64,000 bases of DNA, taken from sequence record MK250029.1. One strand, 5' to 3'. The notes below the pieces were generated by a model. It was not told where the DNA came from, ran no database searches, and saw only the letters and a program-made list of their open reading frames with translations. Each line of letters begins with the position of its first letter. Position 1 is the first letter of the stretch. A program made the position numbers and the translations under genes. This document shows positions 11,308-22,267 of this stretch, one piece after another.

Positions 11308-13461
11308 ATGACAAGAAGAAGTTCAACTATTAGAGATATTAGAGCAAATGCATTGGATAAGCAGTCAGAGAGCGTAAAAATGTCTACTGTTTATACAACT
11401 GCAAAAATTAATTAGATATTAGACGATATAAAGAAAGGTAAAAAACCAGATCTTAACCCGTTTTATCATGGTAAAAAAGATTTAAGGGATTCTGGTATTA
11501 CTTTCGAACGTACACAAGAAGAAGATGATGAATATAAAAAATGTGCAATGGATTGCATATATTTTGTTTCAAGATATGTAAAATTCAGAAACGACAAAGG
11601 TTTTACATTGGTTAAATTAAGAGATTATTAGGAAGACGTTATTCATCTTTTTTCTGATGAAATATGGGATGAAGAACTACAAGATGTTCGTATGAAAAAT
11701 CGAAGAGTAATTCTTTTGTAGGCACGTCAAACTGCGAAATCTACAACTTGCGTCGCGTATTTTGTATGGTACTTGATTTTTCATGCAGACCGTAACTTAA
11801 TGATCACAGCTAATAAAGAGTCTACTACAAAGGAAATTCTTAAAAAATGTATGGATGTATTTAAAGCATTACCATACTTCTTGAAGCCGGGTATTGAAGA
11901 ATATTCAAAAACAACTTTAAGAACTGAGAATGGCTGTTCTTTAAGAGCAGTTGCAACTACTGGTGATTCTGCAACAGGTGATTCAATAAATATCCTTCTC
12001 ATTGATGAATGTGCACTAATATCTCAAAATGTAATTAAGGAATTCTGGGCATCAGTTTACCCAACAATGTCAAACTTCCAGTAGTCTTAGATTATTGTTT
12101 TGTCAACACCACGTGGTAGAACAGGACTTTATTATGATTTATGGGAGGGTGCATAGAATGGTAAAAATGGTTTTGTGTCAAAACGTGTAGACTGGTGGCA
12201 GGTACCAGGTAGAGATGAAAAATGGAAGCAAGATTAGATTTCTGTATTCGGACAAGATTTATGGGAACGTGAGTTTGAACTTTCATTTGATACTAATGAA
12301 TCTAGATTGTTATCAAAGAATGCATTAGAGAAAATAGATCATATAAAGAGAAAATTTGAACATGTTGAGATATATGGTGTACCTAAACGTGTAACTGATA
12401 AAATATATTGGGATCCAGAATTTCATCCAGATTAGTTAACATATGAAGATAAGATACAACGAAGATTTGTATGTATAATTGATACTGCATAGGGAACTGA
12501 AGCTGGTGAATATGGTAAAGAAGATTCAGATTATAATATTATTAATATATTTGAAATGAAACTTTTAGATCCTGAAATAATTTTAAAGAATAGACTTGGA
12601 TATAAAGCAGTTAAATATACTAACTGTATATGTTTAGAATAGGTTGGTATTTATATAGATAATAATTTTGATGAGGAAGAATGTGCAGCAGCAGCTCAAC
12701 ATATTGCATTTGATGTATTCAGTAATGGTGGTGGTTATGAAGGTGAAATAGATAATATGAGAATATTGTATGAAACTAATTTTAATGGTAAGAATTTCAA
12801 AAAGATTTTTGAAAAACATGATTAGTTTTATGATACTATATTGAAAGGTTTTTTAACTACTGGTGGAAATCACGGCAAGAAATATTTCTGTGAACTTGGT
12901 GCAAAGCTTATTGATCTTGATTAGATTATTGTTAAGTAGGATCATGAAATACCTGTATTATCTTCTGTTGAATAGTTAAAGTCATTCGGTAAAGTAAAGA
13001 ATAGTTATGCAGGTTTATCTATGCATGATGATATATCTATTACTATATTATTTGCAAGTCGTTTCTTTGAAGATGACAGTCAATTTGAATGGCTTGATGA
13101 ATGGTTTAGTCAATTACCAAATTATAATTATAATACAATAGAAGAAAGAAATAAGGTTTTACAGATATTAAATTATCTTGAAATATATGAATATACTAAA
13201 GAAGATGATGATACTGAAGCTGATAATTATTCAGAATTAGTAAGTGCAGCAACCTCAGGATTTGGACAAATAACATAGCAAGCATCTGGAACATATGGTT
13301 CATTAATGCATAATTAGAATACATCAACGCCATATCATAATAATCCTAATAATATGAATGGAAATTATTATCCGTCTCAACAGCAAACACCTATGTATTA
13401 GGGAACATACTCTAGTTTAAGCAGAAATAATTTAATGAATTCACGTTTTATCAAGCGTTAA
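11308..13461 (+). CDS. terL: Terminase large subunit, T4 gp17-like, 717 aa
   Basis: LRDYQ, ARQTAKST (Walker A), LLIDE (Walker B), STPRG, EREFE, IIDTA and HDDIS motifs; single frame under code 15. Confidence 0.95.
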
Positions 13462-13497
13462 AATAAATATATTAATAATTTAATAAAATTTAGATAC

Positions 13498-15015
13498 ATG
13501 AATAAGAAATTATATAATTCTATAGTTAGAGGAATATCAGAGTCATTATAGAAATCATTGTATGAAGGTTTGTTTGATGATGTAGATGATATATTATCAA
13601 ATGATGATATAGATTCTTCTTAGCTAATGGATGATTATTTAAAGAAAGTTATATTGGAAACATTATGTACAATTGATGCTTATCATAATGTTGAAGCAGA
13701 TGAAGATGACGGTTTACCTATGATAAAATAGAATCCTGATAATAATTTATAGTATTATATTGCTCCTTACACTACATATAAACGTGAAAAGTTAGGACCT
13801 AGAAAAAGGAAGAGATATAATTTAAATTATTTCTACAGATATATTTTGACATTTGATGAAACAGGCGGAATAATATTAGATATTACAAAATTCGGTAATA
13901 AAAGAAATTTCATTATTAATGATCAGTTATATTAGTTTATTTGTAAAACTCCATATACAATAAGTGAAATAAAATATCATTTACCATATAATGAATATAC
14001 TCCATATACAGAACAATGGGAGAAAATATGGATAATAGACAGAACACCACTTTCTAAACCAAAAAATATTCCAAATTCATTTGTTAATAATTTTCCAGAA
14101 AAAATAACACCTATGTATTCTGATGAATTAAAAGATGATATGAATCCATCTAATAATTCTATAATAGGCAGAGAATGGTTTACATCAGATGAAATGTTTT
14201 TAACATTTATACAGAAACTTGTAAATAATCAATTTGATATATCAGATGGAGATTTTTTTGTATATAATTAGAATACAATAGATGAACGTAGAAAAGAACT
14301 TTTATCAGGCAATCAGGATAAACAAATAGAAGAAGAAAATGATGCAAAATTGAATTTCAGTAGAAGTATACTGGGCGAAAAATATTATCAAAAATTTAAT
14401 CAAATTTCGCAATATTTTCAAGAAAATAACATAAAATTTTACTTAAAAACAATAAATACGTTCAGAACATGTAAAATTTGCTTAAAAGATACAGTATTGA
14501 ATTTAAGACGTTAGAATGGATATATATTTGATGAGATTGATAATATAGAAGAACCTAATAGAGTAGAACCATTTTTTGAACGATAGCTATTATATAAAAT
14601 GTTTTGTATAATGAAACATGAAAAATTAAATGACTGGAAAATTCAGCAGACTTATGATGAATGTATAAATGGTACTCTGGTAAGTTATAATTTTTATAAT
14701 ACATCAACTTCATATTATGATATAAACACATTACCTATAAAATTTGATAACAAATATGCTATATATAATTTGTATTATGTAATTGGTAAAGCTATATCAG
14801 ACAGTAAACCGATTTATGAATTAGGCGTTAAAAAATTTGACAAATATCCATATCAAAATGATGTAACATTAGGTCCAACATCTATATTAGCTGCTAATGA
14901 AATAGAAACAACAGGTAATGCATCATTTAATATGTCAATGTTCGATTATAGTTATTTAACAGATCAATTAAAGACAATTATTGATAAAGTTTGTAAAAAA
15001 TACAAAATAAAGTGA
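13498..15015 (+). CDS. Hypothetical protein with LYE/LFDD N-terminus, possibly head-internal, 505 aa
   Basis: Continuous code-15 frame that includes track ORF 14599; ends TGA. Confidence 0.65.
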
Positions 15016-15028
15016 AATTGTTATTAAT

Positions 15029-15619
15029 ATGAGAATAACTACATTAAACCAATTAAAAGAATATACTACATATACATATTATAAATTAAATAAACCTGAA
15101 TATACAAAAAAGAAAAAAGTTTATATTTGTCAACCTATTAACTATATAGATGAAGGATATACACATATGGATATATGGTCAGGATATATATTTTATAAAA
15201 CTAATGCAGTTTCCAGGAATGTAGGTTATTATGGTTTTTTATTAGATAAAGAATCAGATGAAACATATAATAATATAATTAAAAAACAACCAAAATATCT
15301 TGGTAAAATTTCACCTATGTGGTATGTAAATACTACATTGTATAATATACAATCTGAAGAAAATTGTAAGTTATATAAAAATCTGAAATTAGAAGAAAAT
15401 CTATTAACAGAAAATAATAAAGCAGTATTTACAGATAAGCATGAAATAGAACAATATATAGATGATATAAGAAATAATATCATTAAGATTCCAGAAGTAG
15501 AACATATTGTTACAATGAAAACATGGTATAATGATAAAGATGGAAATAAAATAGAAGAAACATCAGTTAGACATTTACCAAGTGGAAAAACAGATATAAT
15601 TAAAACAATAATAAAATAA
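15029..15619 (+). CDS. Hypothetical protein, 196 aa
   Basis: ORF track; no TAG. Confidence 0.7.
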   Translation: MRITTLNQLKEYTTYTYYKLNKPEYTKKKKVYICQPINYIDEGYTHMDIWSGYIFYKTNAVSRNVGYYGFLLDKESDETYNNIIKKQPKYLGKISPMWYVNTTLYNIQSEENCKLYKNLKLEENLLTENNKAVFTDKHEIEQYIDDIRNNIIKIPEVEHIVTMKTWYNDKDGNKIEETSVRHLPSGKTDIIKTIIK

Positions 15620-15630
15620 TGTTAAAATTT

Positions 15631-15663
15631 AAAGTCTTCACAATGGTATGTGAAGACTTTTTT
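15631..15663 (+). terminator. Intrinsic terminator
   Basis: AAAGTCTTCACA...TGTGAAGACTTT plus T-run. Confidence 0.75.
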
Positions 15664-15707
15664 ATTTATTATTATATAAACACTAATTAACTATATTTTT
15701 ATAAAAA

Positions 15708-16844
15708 ATGAATACTGAAAATAAATTTAATTATGTTCTTGTCGGCGGAACATTTAATGATAATAAAGGAAAAGAATCTGGTGTAGTGAATAAATTATAT
15801 CACGCATTAGGTACATTTAATTCTGTTATGTATAATGGTGGTAATTATTTCGATTTGGTTGGTAATGCTTTATCATCTATTACAGAAACAGATCTTATTA
15901 TATGGATGGCAGATGTAGATAATACTAAAGAGAAAATATATCCAGTTAAAAATACAGGTTCTGTATTAATTTGCTCAAAAGTTATTAGAGACGGTTATAC
16001 ATATAAAGATGCAATTGCACGTATATTTAAAATGCATGGTAATGCTGTTATTGCAATCGCAAAAGATAGTAAAACAAATATGTTTATGTTTGAATTTTGG
16101 GATGCATTAGCAAATTGTTGGTACAGTGGTTCTGATATTGAAAAATTAGCATTAACAATATATAGATTTTATATATTCAGTAAAGGCAGTATTCGTCGAC
16201 AAACAGCACGAGATACCTCATTAATTAAATATAATGATGGTAGACCTGATGATTTAAATGATTTTATTAGGTTGAATAATAGTCTTGCTGATTTTATTCA
16301 AACGTCGTGTGGTGATAGGTTTTTCGGTAATTTATCTACACGTTGTCAAAAGTTATTTCCATCAGAACGTGATGGTAAATTTATTTATGTAAGTCCAAGA
16401 AATGTAGATAAACATAGGTTAACTCCTTCTGATTTTGTTTTATTTAATACAGATGATTATACTTATTATTCAGTAGATGAAAAAATAAAGCCATCTGTTG
16501 ATTCTCCTGTACAATCTGAAATATATAAAGAATTCCCATCTATCAATTATATGATTCATGGACATGCATTTATATCTATTATGAAAGAGTTAGATGAAAA
16601 TAATATTCCATGTGCAAGTACAGAGAATTATTTTCCATGTGGAGACTTAAGAGAATTAACAGAAGTAAAGAAACTTATGAAACATATCATATATGATGAA
16701 TGTCATAAAGATTATGGTATAATAAATTTGAAAGGACATGGTTTTTTAATGTTCAGTCAGACTTTTGAACAAATGAAATATATGATTAATGATATATATG
16801 CATTCAAAATGAATGATGGTAAACAATTATTTAAATTTTATTAA
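15708..16844 (+). CDS. Protein with a C-terminal class II aldolase/adducin-like domain, 378 aa
   Basis: FGNLSTR, SPRNVDK, KPSVDSPVQSEIY, MIHGH and LKGHG match the aldolase II pattern, with substitutions. Confidence 0.65.
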   Translation: MNTENKFNYVLVGGTFNDNKGKESGVVNKLYHALGTFNSVMYNGGNYFDLVGNALSSITETDLIIWMADVDNTKEKIYPVKNTGSVLICSKVIRDGYTYKDAIARIFKMHGNAVIAIAKDSKTNMFMFEFWDALANCWYSGSDIEKLALTIYRFYIFSKGSIRRQTARDTSLIKYNDGRPDDLNDFIRLNNSLADFIQTSCGDRFFGNLSTRCQKLFPSERDGKFIYVSPRNVDKHRLTPSDFVLFNTDDYTYYSVDEKIKPSVDSPVQSEIYKEFPSINYMIHGHAFISIMKELDENNIPCASTENYFPCGDLRELTEVKKLMKHIIYDECHKDYGIINLKGHGFLMFSQTFEQMKYMINDIYAFKMNDGKQLFKFY

Positions 16845-16846
16845 TA

Positions 16847-17542
16847 ATGGGAAAATTCAATATTAAATCATTATTTGTTGAAGAAACAAATACAGACGAT
16901 GAAGTTAAAGATACTACAGTCGAAACTTCAAATAATTCAAATAATAAACCAAATGTAGAAAGTAATGTATCTACAACAAACGTACAATCACCAGCATCTG
17001 TTCCAGCTGATGCATCAGTTAATTCTGGAAAGGAAGAAGTAAATCAAGAACTTCTTAATAAACTATGTAATTATCTAGAAACATGTAAAATCGAAGGTGG
17101 TGATTATATGCAACTTAAAAAAGCGGCAAACAGTGATGGAATGAAAGTTATTCCAGATGAAGCTGTCAGATTCCAAGCTGCATATGCAACGCTAAAAAGT
17201 GTAAATCCAAATCTTACAAAAGATATTATTATCAATTCTATTGATACATATATTTCTGAAATGAATAAGCAATATGATATTGCTATTAAACAGATTGAGG
17301 AAAAAAGAAAGATTAATGTAGGTGATAAGAAAAGAGCACATGAGGAGAAAGCTCAACGAATTGCAATGCTTCAAAAAGAGATTGTAGAATTATCTACTGA
17401 AATGACAAAATTATCTGATGAAATTAAAGAAGGTGATGCAGAATGTGATAAGAATGTAAAGGAATTTAGAAATGCTGTAAATGTTATTGTATCTGCATTG
17501 GAATCAGATAAGAAAAAGATTTCTGAAAAGTTAGTAAATTAA
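16847..17542 (+). CDS. Coiled-coil hypothetical protein, first gene of the ABC/PspA-like module, 231 aa
   Basis: Disordered N-terminus and long C-terminal heptad region. Confidence 0.7.
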   Translation: MGKFNIKSLFVEETNTDDEVKDTTVETSNNSNNKPNVESNVSTTNVQSPASVPADASVNSGKEEVNQELLNKLCNYLETCKIEGGDYMQLKKAANSDGMKVIPDEAVRFQAAYATLKSVNPNLTKDIIINSIDTYISEMNKQYDIAIKQIEEKRKINVGDKKRAHEEKAQRIAMLQKEIVELSTEMTKLSDEIKEGDAECDKNVKEFRNAVNVIVSALESDKKKISEKLVN

Positions 17543-17546
17543 TAAT

Positions 17547-17729
17547 ATGAGAGTAATAATTAAAAATTACGATTCTACAAAAGCAAAAGATATTATTATT
17601 CCTGTAGAAAATAATATGGATAAACATGTAGACTTTTCAGGTGGTTATGTTGTATTAAATGATGCAGATGGTAATAAAGTTGTTTATGTAGATTTTATGA
17701 AATATCCTGAAGTAACATTAGATTTATAA
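17547..17729 (+). CDS. Small hypothetical protein, 60 aa
   Basis: ORF track; fills the operon gap. Confidence 0.55.
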   Translation: MRVIIKNYDSTKAKDIIIPVENNMDKHVDFSGGYVVLNDADGNKVVYVDFMKYPEVTLDL

Positions 17730-17744
17730 TAATTAAATAAAAAT

Positions 17745-18809
17745 ATGGCAGAATATAACACAAGTGATATTGTAAATGTAGCAAAAAATACAGTATCAAA
17801 ATGGGAAAAACCTGGTGGAACAACAGGTATGATTGTATTAGGTGTTGTAGTAGGTGCAATTGCAATTAATATTACACCTATTATGAATTTTATTGCAGCA
17901 GCATGCGCAAGCACACTATCTGCAATTGGTATGGCAGCAGCACTTTTTCTAGTTTTATATTGTTTATTTGATCCTCGTATTCGTAATATTGGTTCAACAA
18001 TATATTTTATGATTATGCGTAAGATTGAAGGTCTTCTTGTTGATTATGATCCAATCTCTATTGTTAAGAGAAAGATTATGCAGATGAATAAGAAGATTCA
18101 GGAAATTACCGATAATATGGGAAAGCTTCGAGGTCTTATTGATAAATCAGAAAAACGTATTCAAGATAAAAAGAAACAATGTGATCATGATTTTCAACTA
18201 TTAAATAAGTATAAAGAAACTGGTAAAGCACAAGATGCTGCTGTATATGAACGACAAGTTACTCGCCTTACTGAAGTAATTAAAAATTCAGAAGCACGAC
18301 TTATTCAGTCAAAGCAATGGTATGAAATTATGGGTAAACTGAAACACCAGGCTGAATTAACAGTACTTGATGCAACAAATGAAGTAAATGAACGTGTAGA
18401 AGAGTGGGAAATGATTAAAGCACAGCATAAGGCATTTACATCTATTGTTGGAATTATTAATGGTAAGGATGATCAGTTTAGCTTATTTACTCGTGCAATG
18501 GATCATATGGCTGATGATATTTCACAGAAACTTGGAGAAATGTCATTTATCATCGAGGAAACAGGTGGTTTGATGTCAAAGATTGATATGGATAATCTTG
18601 TGATGTCAGATAAAGCAAATGCACTTCTTGCACAATATAATTCTGGTGGTCTTGATGCTGTTCTTCTTGGAAGTTTTGCAAAGCAACCAATTGAACACGC
18701 ACCAGCAGAAAATGTAGAGTTCAAAGAAGCAGAATTTACAAATTTGAATACTATTACAAATAATAGGAATAATGTACAACAAACATTAGGTCAACCAAAT
18801 TGGTTTTAA
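17745..18809 (+). CDS. Membrane protein with two N-terminal hydrophobic helices and a PspA/IM30-like coiled coil, 354 aa
   Basis: GMIVLGVVVGAIAI and LSAIGMAAALFLVLYCLF helices, then ~200 aa of heptads. Confidence 0.55.
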   Translation: MAEYNTSDIVNVAKNTVSKWEKPGGTTGMIVLGVVVGAIAINITPIMNFIAAACASTLSAIGMAAALFLVLYCLFDPRIRNIGSTIYFMIMRKIEGLLVDYDPISIVKRKIMQMNKKIQEITDNMGKLRGLIDKSEKRIQDKKKQCDHDFQLLNKYKETGKAQDAAVYERQVTRLTEVIKNSEARLIQSKQWYEIMGKLKHQAELTVLDATNEVNERVEEWEMIKAQHKAFTSIVGIINGKDDQFSLFTRAMDHMADDISQKLGEMSFIIEETGGLMSKIDMDNLVMSDKANALLAQYNSGGLDAVLLGSFAKQPIEHAPAENVEFKEAEFTNLNTITNNRNNVQQTLGQPNWF

Positions 18810-18816
18810 TAAAATT

Positions 18817-18854
18817 AAAGAGAATTGTGTAAAAATACATGATTCTCTTTTTTT
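18817..18854 (+). terminator. Intrinsic terminator
   Basis: AAAGAGAATTGTGT...ACATGATTCTCTTTTTTT. Confidence 0.6.
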
Positions 18855-18871
18855 ATTTTAAAAAATATATG

Positions 18872-18879
18872 TATCTTTG
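18872..18879 (+). promoter_or_regulatory. Bacteroidota-type -7 promoter box (TAnnTTTG)
   Basis: TATCTTTG in a context shared by six copies, upstream of ATG 18901. Confidence 0.65.
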
Positions 18880-18900
18880 AATTAATAAAATATTTATGTT

Positions 18901-19230
18901 ATGATAAAAATAGTTGATACATCATATTATATTATTAATAATAAAGAAAAGAAAGAATTATTTATATATTACGATACAGAACATAAATTGGATTGTAATA
19001 TGGATATACTTTCTTTTCAATTAGATTTTAATCTCAAAGATATTGATAATGATAATAAAGATGAAATTATTGAACAATATTTTAAAGATAATTGGACAAG
19101 ATTTTTTATGATAAAATCAGTACCATATGGAGATTTAATGTCTATTGGTATTTCATTTGAACAAATATTAAATATGGTTAATGAAATAGCTAAATCAAAA
19201 ATAATATTTGAAGATTATAAATCAATTTAA
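18901..19230 (+). CDS. Hypothetical protein, 109 aa
   Basis: ORF track. Confidence 0.6.
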   Translation: MIKIVDTSYYIINNKEKKELFIYYDTEHKLDCNMDILSFQLDFNLKDIDNDNKDEIIEQYFKDNWTRFFMIKSVPYGDLMSIGISFEQILNMVNEIAKSKIIFEDYKSI

Positions 19231-19318
19231 TAGACTTTTTAATAAACACGATATAAAAGAAAAATAGAGAATAATATTAAACATTAATTTAAATAACTTT
19301 AATTAAGAATTAAAAATT

Positions 19319-20908
19319 ATGGCAAATGTTGTTTTGCGACCTTGGGTAAAGGTTGTTGGTGTTATTGCAGTTGTTGCTGCAATTATGTTTGGTGCTTCTA
19401 AATTTTTTGGAGGCAGTAATGATGGTGATAATAAGTCATCGAGTGACAGCGGCGGTTTTTTCAGCGGCATGTTTTCTGGTGGTGATGATGATGTAATCAC
19501 CATTGGTACAAATACTTATGCAGGTTTTCTGCCATTTATGTATTTGAATAATGGTCTTGAACCTAATGAAGATTGTCCTATTTATAAGGAATATGGACTT
19601 AAGTTGAAGATTATTGTTCAGGATGATTTTGCTGCAGGACGTGCAGCATTCAATAATGGTGATATTGACATTATTTATTGTACTGCAGATGCTCTTCCTG
19701 TCGAGATGAGTGAAGGTTCAAATATGAATGATGCTCGCTTCTTTAATGTATCAAATTGGTCACGTGGTGCTGATGCTATTGTAGTTAATAAGAGTATTCA
19801 GAATGTAAGTAACTTGATTGGTAAGGTTGTTTGTTGCTCACAGGGTACAGCATCTCATACACTGTTGTTGAATACACTTGAAACAAATGGTATTGGAGCT
19901 GATAAGGTAAATATGGGAAATTCTACAGATCCTAATAAGGTTAATATTAAGGTTGTAGATAACGGTCTTGAAGCTGCTTCTGCATTCCGTGCAGGTTCTT
20001 GTGATGCAGCTGTTGTATTCTCTCCAGATGATCAGGATTTGGTTGCAACTGTAAAGGGTGCACATGTATTGATTTCAACAAAGCAAGCATCTAATATTAT
20101 TTGTGATGGTTTGATTGCAAAGCAGAGCTACCTTGATTCTAATAAAGAGAATGTAAAGAAACTTATTTCTGCATTGTTGTATGCAAATGATAAAATGAAT
20201 AGTGACGAAGCAGCAGTAAAGATTGCAGCTAAGGCTTTTGCAAAGGCATATGGAACAGATGAGAAGTTTGCAATTGATGGTTCTAAGAATATTCATTATA
20301 TTACATTGGGAGATGCACAGAACTTCTTTGGTTTGAATAGTTCATATACAGGTATGCAGGGTGATGAGCTATATTCAAAGATGGCACGTACTTATGAAAA
20401 GTTGGGTCTTTGTAAGAAACCACTTTCATGGCGAAAAGTTTCTTATCCTGATATTATTGAATCACTTGCAGCTAATGCTGGTGAAGTAAAGGGTGATCAG
20501 GCTGCAGAAGCATCAGTAAAGTTTAAAGAAACATCTACATCTGATGCAGAAACAAAGACTGCAATTTCAGATAAGAAGGTAACTATTGAATATCCTGTTG
20601 ATAGTGATATTCTTGATAATAATGCGCAGTGTATTATTGATAGAGAGTTCGCTGGTATTGCAAAGCAGTTTGCAGGTGCAAAGATTCGTATTGTAGGAAA
20701 TACTGATAATACTGGTAATTATGCATATAATGTTGAATTGTCACGAAGACGTGCACAATCAGTTGCAAATTATCTTGTGAAGGAATATGGATTTGATAAG
20801 AATCGATTCATTATTGTTGGTAATGGTCCTAAACGTGCAGTAGAAGATAAGGTAGTAGGAAGTAATAATGCATATCGTACTACAGATTTTCAGTTGGTAA
20901 CAGAGTAA
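19319..20908 (+). CDS. ABC substrate-binding protein (NMT1/SsuA/TauA-like) fused to a C-terminal OmpA-like peptidoglycan-binding domain, 529 aa
   Basis: N-terminal TM anchor; WSRGADAIV, GTASHTLL and IICDGL SBP motifs; OmpA_C motif GNTDNTGNYAYNVELSRRRAQSVANYL...NRFIIVGNG...YRTTDF. Confidence 0.85.
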   Translation: MANVVLRPWVKVVGVIAVVAAIMFGASKFFGGSNDGDNKSSSDSGGFFSGMFSGGDDDVITIGTNTYAGFLPFMYLNNGLEPNEDCPIYKEYGLKLKIIVQDDFAAGRAAFNNGDIDIIYCTADALPVEMSEGSNMNDARFFNVSNWSRGADAIVVNKSIQNVSNLIGKVVCCSQGTASHTLLLNTLETNGIGADKVNMGNSTDPNKVNIKVVDNGLEAASAFRAGSCDAAVVFSPDDQDLVATVKGAHVLISTKQASNIICDGLIAKQSYLDSNKENVKKLISALLYANDKMNSDEAAVKIAAKAFAKAYGTDEKFAIDGSKNIHYITLGDAQNFFGLNSSYTGMQGDELYSKMARTYEKLGLCKKPLSWRKVSYPDIIESLAANAGEVKGDQAAEASVKFKETSTSDAETKTAISDKKVTIEYPVDSDILDNNAQCIIDREFAGIAKQFAGAKIRIVGNTDNTGNYAYNVELSRRRAQSVANYLVKEYGFDKNRFIIVGNGPKRAVEDKVVGSNNAYRTTDFQLVTE

Positions 20909-20917
20909 TAAAAAATA

Positions 20918-20977
20918 TAAACATGCGGTTTATAGAATAATATAATCTTAATTATATTCTATAGATCGCATGTTTTT
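20918..20977 (+). terminator. Long hairpin terminator
   Basis: AAACATGCGGTTTATAGAATA...TATTCTATAGATCGCATGTTTTT. Confidence 0.65.
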
Positions 20978-20986
20978 AATTTAGTT

Positions 20987-21439
20987 ATGAAATATAGAAA
21001 TGATTTAATAGGTAAAAAAATTTTAATTATATGTAATAGTATAGGCAACAGTTATAAAAGGTTATATTGTTCTTATGTATTAGGAAAAATAATTGAATAT
21101 AACCCAGCTACAAATAAGATTATGGTTATTAGAAATACTGGACATATTGGTTCAGCTGTTGAATTTAAAATTAATAATCATGATCCTTTTGAATATCCAT
21201 ATTATTTTGATAATCGGTTCGCAACAAGAGAACCAGAAAATGATAATGAAACATGGTGGTATGTAGCATTTGCTGATGATGAAGCTATACAATTATTAAA
21301 ACAAAATTTATTAAAACAAAATAATAGAAGACCTGTATATAAATCATACTACCTATCAACTGTTTGTTATGGTAAACATAAATCTAAAAAAGAATATTTA
21401 ACATATCTATTAAATGAATTAAACAATGAATCTAATTAA
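20987..21439 (+). CDS. Hypothetical protein inserted in the ABC module, 150 aa
   Basis: ORF track; overlaps the permease start. Confidence 0.6.
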   Translation: MKYRNDLIGKKILIICNSIGNSYKRLYCSYVLGKIIEYNPATNKIMVIRNTGHIGSAVEFKINNHDPFEYPYYFDNRFATREPENDNETWWYVAFADDEAIQLLKQNLLKQNNRRPVYKSYYLSTVCYGKHKSKKEYLTYLLNELNNESN

Positions 21440-22262
21440 ACGTCTATTTAAATTTGGTGGTGATTCTGATTTTGGAACAGTTACCAATGTAATTATTAGT
21501 ATTATTGGTGCAGTTATTATTATTATGGGATGGCATTGTATTTCAGCATATAACGTAGTACCTAGTAATATTCTTCCTGATCCTTTTAAAGTGATTGGTA
21601 GTATTCCAACATTAATTTCAGAAAATCATTTATTTGCAAATATTTGGTATACAGTAAAATTGAATTTATCATGTTATGTGTATGCTATTTTATTTTCATT
21701 TCCTATAGGATTCTTAATTGCATTGTATCCTATTAATAATATCTTATTTGGAAAATATATTAATTCAGTCCGATTTATTCCATTACCTTCTATTACAGGA
21801 ATTTTCCTTGCAATATTTGGTTTGACATTTGGAATGAAGGTATGGTTTTTGACAGTTGCAATTATGATTTATATTATTCCATCTGTTGTAAATAAAGTAA
21901 ATGATTTGCAAAACCCTGCTAATGAAAAAGATAATGTATATTTGCAAACTGCACAGACAATCGGAATGTCTTCATGGCAAAAATTCTGTTATGTATATTT
22001 CCCTTATGTAACAGGTGGTGTAGTTGATTCTTGTATTGACTTATTGGCTATTAGTTATAGTTATGTTGTTATTGCAGAAATGATTTATAAAGATGGTGCA
22101 GTAAGTGGAATGGGTGCATTGATTAATACAATGGTTAGACAATCACAAATGGCATCTGCATTTGCATTACTTTTCCTTATTATTATTATCGGTTGTGTAC
22201 AAGATTTTCTTTTTAAGAAAGGTGCAAAACTATTATTTCCTTACAAATATAAAAATGAATAA
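21426..22262 (+). CDS. ABC permease (SsuC/TauC-like), 278 aa
   Basis: ILPDPFKV, multiple TM helices, RFIPLPSI, EAA loop YLQTAQTIGMSSWQKFCYVYFP, VVIAEM...GMG. Confidence 0.9.
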   Translation: MNLIKRLFKFGGDSDFGTVTNVIISIIGAVIIIMGWHCISAYNVVPSNILPDPFKVIGSIPTLISENHLFANIWYTVKLNLSCYVYAILFSFPIGFLIALYPINNILFGKYINSVRFIPLPSITGIFLAIFGLTFGMKVWFLTVAIMIYIIPSVVNKVNDLQNPANEKDNVYLQTAQTIGMSSWQKFCYVYFPYVTGGVVDSCIDLLAISYSYVVIAEMIYKDGAVSGMGALINTMVRQSQMASAFALLFLIIIIGCVQDFLFKKGAKLLFPYKYKNE

Positions 22263-22267
22263 AAATT

